Assembly: GCA_039799965.1 (NCBI GenBank)
Contig: JBDLRS010000011.1
Location: 1,234-65,233 of the forward strand
Length of the DNA: 64,000 nt
Reading direction: 5' to 3'
Origin: Pseudomonadota bacterium
Lineage (GTDB): Bacteria > Bdellovibrionota_C > UBA2361 > OMII01
In this document: positions 59,586-64,000 of the stretch, piece by piece
How positions within the stretch are numbered: the stretch's first letter is position 1
Layout: every line of letters starts with the position of its first letter
The notes under the pieces: model-generated
What the model saw: only the letters and a program-made list of their open reading frames with translations
What the model was told of the DNA's origin: nothing
Database searches by the model: none
Translations under genes and position numbers: made by a program

Positions 59586-60521
59586 CTACGCACCCGCCAG
59601 CGAATCAAACCAATACCGGTACGTATCCTCAAGCGAGCGCCTGAGCGGGATATCCGGGGTCCACCCACACACCTCTTTCGCGAGATCTATGGAGCCATAG
59701 AGCTCATGCACCTCAGGCCCCCGCATCCGTTGCGGATCCTGACGGATCTCAACCTTGCACCCTGAGATATCGATCAGGGTGTTGAGCAATTCTTGAATGG
59801 AGACGGCGCGGCCCGAACCGAGATTAAAGAACCCCTGGTGCGCTGTGGCTATCTGCCGATACCCCCTAACGATATCCCGAACGTCGGAGAAATCACGTCG
59901 CGCTTCCAAGTTTCCTACCTCAAGAACGGGCGGGGTCACCCCACGGGCGACACGAGCCAACTGCAGCGCGAAATTCGATGCGACGAATCGAGGATCCTGC
60001 CTCGGACCGATATGATTAAAGGGACGAACGATGGCATACCGAACTCCCCCTTGGCGACCGTATCGCTCGACTACGAGCTCCGCCATCCGCTTGCTAAGGC
60101 TGTAGTTGTTGGCCGGTCGCAGGGGATTCCCCTCCCGAATCGGAAGCTCGCTTAGTTGGACGTGTCCGTAAACCTCGGCGGAGCTCACAAAGAGAAGCGC
60201 GGGGATTGACTCAAGGAGCGAACAATAGCGCGCGACATTCGCCGTTCCCGCGACATTTACCTGTAGTGTCTTTTCGAAGTTACTCTCCGCCTCGGGCACA
60301 AAGGCGATACCGGCCAGGTGATATACAACGTCTGGCTTTACCCGCTGAATGAGCGCTCCGACCTCAGGGCCATTTGTGATATCCAAAGGCTGGAACGCTT
60401 CGCCTTCCTCGCTACGAGAAGCGAGGTTCGTTGTACCTACGACGTCATCACCGCATTGACGCAGGTGGTCGACCAGGTAGCGCCCAACAAATCCACCAGC
60501 GCCAATAACAAGAGCTCGCAT
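59586..60521 (-). CDS. NAD-dependent GDP-4-keto-6-deoxymannose epimerase/reductase (Fcl- or Rmd-like)
   Basis: 311-aa extended SDR (MRALVIGAGGFVGRYL). Sits immediately downstream of gmd. Confidence 0.6.
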   Translation of the reverse strand: MRALVIGAGGFVGRYLVDHLRQCGDDVVGTTNLASRSEEGEAFQPLDITNGPEVGALIQRVKPDVVYHLAGIAFVPEAESNFEKTLQVNVAGTANVARYCSLLESIPALLFVSSAEVYGHVQLSELPIREGNPLRPANNYSLSKRMAELVVERYGRQGGVRYAIVRPFNHIGPRQDPRFVASNFALQLARVARGVTPPVLEVGNLEARRDFSDVRDIVRGYRQIATAHQGFFNLGSGRAVSIQELLNTLIDISGCKVEIRQDPQRMRGPEVHELYGSIDLAKEVCGWTPDIPLRRSLEDTYRYWFDSLAGA

Positions 60522-60547
60522 CGTGTCCGTACTCAGAATGGAGCAAT

Positions 60548-61519
<972 letters not shown>

Positions 61520-61544
61520 TCACCCATCCGGTTACTAGAAACGA

Positions 61545-62627
61545 TCACATTAAATCCTTGCGGTCGCGGCGCTTCAACTCCTCAACGACCTTGCGCACCT
61601 CTTGCACGCTATCGCGAGCCACAACCAAGAGTGCGTCTCCAGCGTCGATAACCACGACATCCTTCAATCCCACCGCGGCGATGAGACGGCCCTCGGACCT
61701 TATAACACAGCTCGTACTATCTATGACAACGGCGTCCCCGCGAATTAAATTGCCATCGGCGTCCGTGGAGAAATTCTCCGCCCATTGGTCCCATGATCCG
61801 ACGTCGTTCCACCCGAACTCCTCGGCTTCAATGACGACACAGTTTCGAGCATGCTCAAGGACTCCAAAGTCGATAGAGGTCGATTCAAAGGTCGAGAATA
61901 TCTCGGCGATTTGCGCGTCAACATCCCCCTTACCGGTCTCAAGGAGGGTCTTAATCTTCATCAATCCGACGTACATCTCCGGAAGGTACTCCTCAAACGC
62001 TTTGAGGATGACCCCCGCCCGCCATACGAACATTCCGGAATTCCAGGAAAAGCCCCCCTCCTCAAGATACTTCTCTGCCCGTTCAAGGCTCGGCTTCTCG
62101 AAGAACCGCTCTACCCGATAGGCGTTACCTGAGATAAGCGCCCCGCGCTTAATATATCCGTATCCGGTGTGAGGAGTGGTCGGTGGGATCCCAATCGTCA
62201 CGAGCACATCCTGCGAAGCGGCGTTTCGCTCCGCCTCACTCAGTGCGTCACGCAAACGAGACTCATCTTTGACGGCGTGATCGGCCGGCAGCACCACCAT
62301 GACGGGATCAATTCCAGGAGACTCGACGAGCGCGTGCACAGCGGCGAGACCGATGCACGCCGCGGTATTACGAGCGGAAGGCTCTCGAATAATTTTGACG
62401 GATGGAACGTGCTCTTGAATGAGCGCGTGCAACCCACTGTGAGCGATCACGCGAACATCATCGCTCCCAACGAGCGGCTGAATACGTCGAACCGTCGATT
62501 GAATTAGGCTCTCGCCGTTCTCACTAATAGAGAGAAACTGCTTCGGTTTCGCGCTCCGGCTCAACGGCCAAAAGCGGCTACCCTGTCCACCGGCGAGAAT
62601 CACCACCAACGTCTTTGCGCCACTCAT
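61545..62627 (-). CDS. manC: mannose-1-phosphate guanylyltransferase (no PMI domain)
   Basis: N-terminus LVVILAGGQGSRFWPLSR. 360 aa. Confidence 0.85.
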   Translation of the reverse strand: MSGAKTLVVILAGGQGSRFWPLSRSAKPKQFLSISENGESLIQSTVRRIQPLVGSDDVRVIAHSGLHALIQEHVPSVKIIREPSARNTAACIGLAAVHALVESPGIDPVMVVLPADHAVKDESRLRDALSEAERNAASQDVLVTIGIPPTTPHTGYGYIKRGALISGNAYRVERFFEKPSLERAEKYLEEGGFSWNSGMFVWRAGVILKAFEEYLPEMYVGLMKIKTLLETGKGDVDAQIAEIFSTFESTSIDFGVLEHARNCVVIEAEEFGWNDVGSWDQWAENFSTDADGNLIRGDAVVIDSTSCVIRSEGRLIAAVGLKDVVVIDAGDALLVVARDSVQEVRKVVEELKRRDRKDLM

Positions 62628-62628
62628 C

Positions 62629-63507
62629 TTATCGGGTCCCCACTACATGAATCTCAGTCAAAAACGCCTCAAGGGCGTCGTTCCATCGCATCGGCGGACG
62701 ACCGAGCAAGGTAGTCACCCGAGTCGTATCAAACGCTGAAAAGGTTGGACGAGGAGCGGGACGCTGGAGCGCAGCGGCTGTTGTCCGCTCCACCGCGGCG
62801 ACCTTTCCACCCTCGAAATGGGGAAGAGCGAGGCGACGAATCTCGGAGGCGAACTCGTACCACGATACGGTCCCCGCGCACGACGCATGAAGCGTTCCAC
62901 CAAACGTGGCGCGCGCGCAATCAAGCAATACCTCACCGAGCCACCCAGCCCATGTCGGCGAAACCCATTGATCGTCAACAACCTTGACGACATCGCGCTC
63001 GGCGAAGAGCTTGAGCACGGTGTAGACGAAATTAACCCCTTTCTGACCGTAGAGGGCTTGCGTTCTAACTATGAGGGCACCGTCACCGAGGACCTCACGA
63101 ACTCGCTCCTCTCCCTCCCACTTTGAACGCCCGTAAACGCTCAACGGGTTCACGGGATCTTCCTCTTTAAGGGGGCGCCCCAACGATCCATCGAATACAT
63201 AATCGGTGGAAACATGGATACAACGAGCCTTAGCGATGGCGCAGGCGTCCGCGACGTTAAAAGCACCATCACGGTTGATTCGGAAGGCTTGCTCTACCTC
63301 TTCCTCAGCCTTATCGACGGCGGTATAGGCAGCGCAGTTGATCACGACATCCGGATGAGCGGAGCAGGTGACCTTTACCACCTGATCGTGGTCCGTAATG
63401 TCCACCTCTGTTGCGACCGGGGATACAACCTCAAACTCAAGATCGGCAGCGCGCGTACGAAGCTCATATCCAAGTTGTCCCGCGCCACCGAAAAGAAGGA
63501 TCCTCAC
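62629..63507 (-). CDS. rfbD: dTDP-4-dehydrorhamnose reductase
   Basis: 292 aa. MRILLFGGAGQLGYEL. RmlD pattern. 1-nt gap to manC. Confidence 0.85.
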   Translation of the reverse strand: MRILLFGGAGQLGYELRTRAADLEFEVVSPVATEVDITDHDQVVKVTCSAHPDVVINCAAYTAVDKAEEEVEQAFRINRDGAFNVADACAIAKARCIHVSTDYVFDGSLGRPLKEEDPVNPLSVYGRSKWEGEERVREVLGDGALIVRTQALYGQKGVNFVYTVLKLFAERDVVKVVDDQWVSPTWAGWLGEVLLDCARATFGGTLHASCAGTVSWYEFASEIRRLALPHFEGGKVAAVERTTAAALQRPAPRPTFSAFDTTRVTTLLGRPPMRWNDALEAFLTEIHVVGTR

Positions 63508-63516
63508 GCCTGCCCC

Positions 63517-64000
63517 TTATCCACGATTCGAGTAATTGCTCTCGTAGAACGAGCGATACGCCCCACTCTTGATCTCTTCCCACCATGGACGATTAGCTCT
63601 ATACCAATCGACGGTCTTTGCGAGGCCGTCACGGAAGGTTGTTTTCGCCTCCCACCCCAGCTCGGTTCTAATCTTTGTGGTGTCGACCGCGTAACGCCGA
63701 TCGTGCGCTGGCCTATCTCCAACGGGCTGGATAAGGTCCCGTGACTTCCCAAGCATCTCAAGAATCATGTACGTTACGTCTCGGTTCGGAAGCTCGCAAT
63801 CAGGAGTTCCGCCGATATTGTACACCTCTCCAGCGCGACCCTTTTCGGCGACTCGCAGAAGCCCATCGCAGTGGTCCTCAACAAAGAGCCAGCTTCGTAC
63901 GTTCATCCCGTCCCCGTAGAGCGGAACCCTTTTGTCCTCTAACGCGTTTGTGATGAAGAGCGGGATAAGCTTCTCAGGGAAGTGATAGAAACCGTAGTTG
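63517..64000 (-). CDS. rfbB: dTDP-glucose 4,6-dehydratase (N-terminal part lies beyond the window edge)
   Basis: The frame stays open upstream of the track Met to the window edge (hand translation: ...NYGFYHFPEKLIPLFITNALEDKRVPLYGDGMNVRSWLFVEDHC...). This is the RmlB mid-protein motif. Confidence 0.85.
   Translation of the reverse strand, partial: NYGFYHFPEKLIPLFITNALEDKRVPLYGDGMNVRSWLFVEDHCDGLLRVAEKGRAGEVYNIGGTPDCELPNRDVTYMILEMLGKSRDLIQPVGDRPAHDRRYAVDTTKIRTELGWEAKTTFRDGLAKTVDWYRANRPWWEEIKSGAYRSFYESNYSNRG

Overview
This is a gene-dense window from a Gram-negative-type bacterium with moderately high GC, mostly housekeeping or core genes. The lineage cannot be assigned from sequence alone.

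Syntenic blocks present:
- a glycan-modification cluster (SAM methyltransferase plus two GT4-like glycosyltransferases)
- a contiguous dapC-dapD-dapE succinylase-branch lysine cluster
- a di-heme (two CXXCH) peroxidase-like gene, a SYLF-domain protein, glpD-like G3P dehydrogenase, a Wzx/MOP-type flippase, and purF-purL
- the prkA/yeaH(DUF444)/spoVR triad, pntAB transhydrogenase (split alpha), an AMIN-domain Pro-rich protein, and comM/yifB
- tRNA-Pro(TGG), asnS, ornithine aminotransferase, a saccharopine-dehydrogenase-like gene, ftsK, an M16 peptidase pair, YihY/BrkB, a sigma54 NtrC-type regulator, and ppc
- a GDP-mannose/dTDP-rhamnose sugar-nucleotide block (fcl/rmd-like, gmd, manC, rfbD, partial rfbB) running off the right edge

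What the gene calls do not explain:
- A non-coding 181-bp MITE-like element with perfect 17-21 bp terminal inverted repeats sits in four full copies plus one solo end. All are intergenic, and two copies supply the TAG stop codons of flanking genes.
- A second repeat family of about 130 bp with imperfect TIRs brackets the flippase gene in direct orientation. It carries an expandable CACGTG/CACGTT hexamer microsatellite. The same microsatellite recurs beside tRNA-Pro and as an inverted pair in the ppc upstream region.
- A compositionally atypical, AT-richer island lies at about 15.2-20.1 kb. It carries a 1063-aa orphan protein and a secreted Cys-rich protein with a transglutaminase-like (BTLCP/LapG-like) cysteine-peptidase motif.
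- A soluble TrwB/VirD4-like P-loop ATPase sits between two MITE copies.
- There is an extreme poly-Asp/Glu tail protein.

No transposase, integrase, CRISPR array or rRNA was seen.
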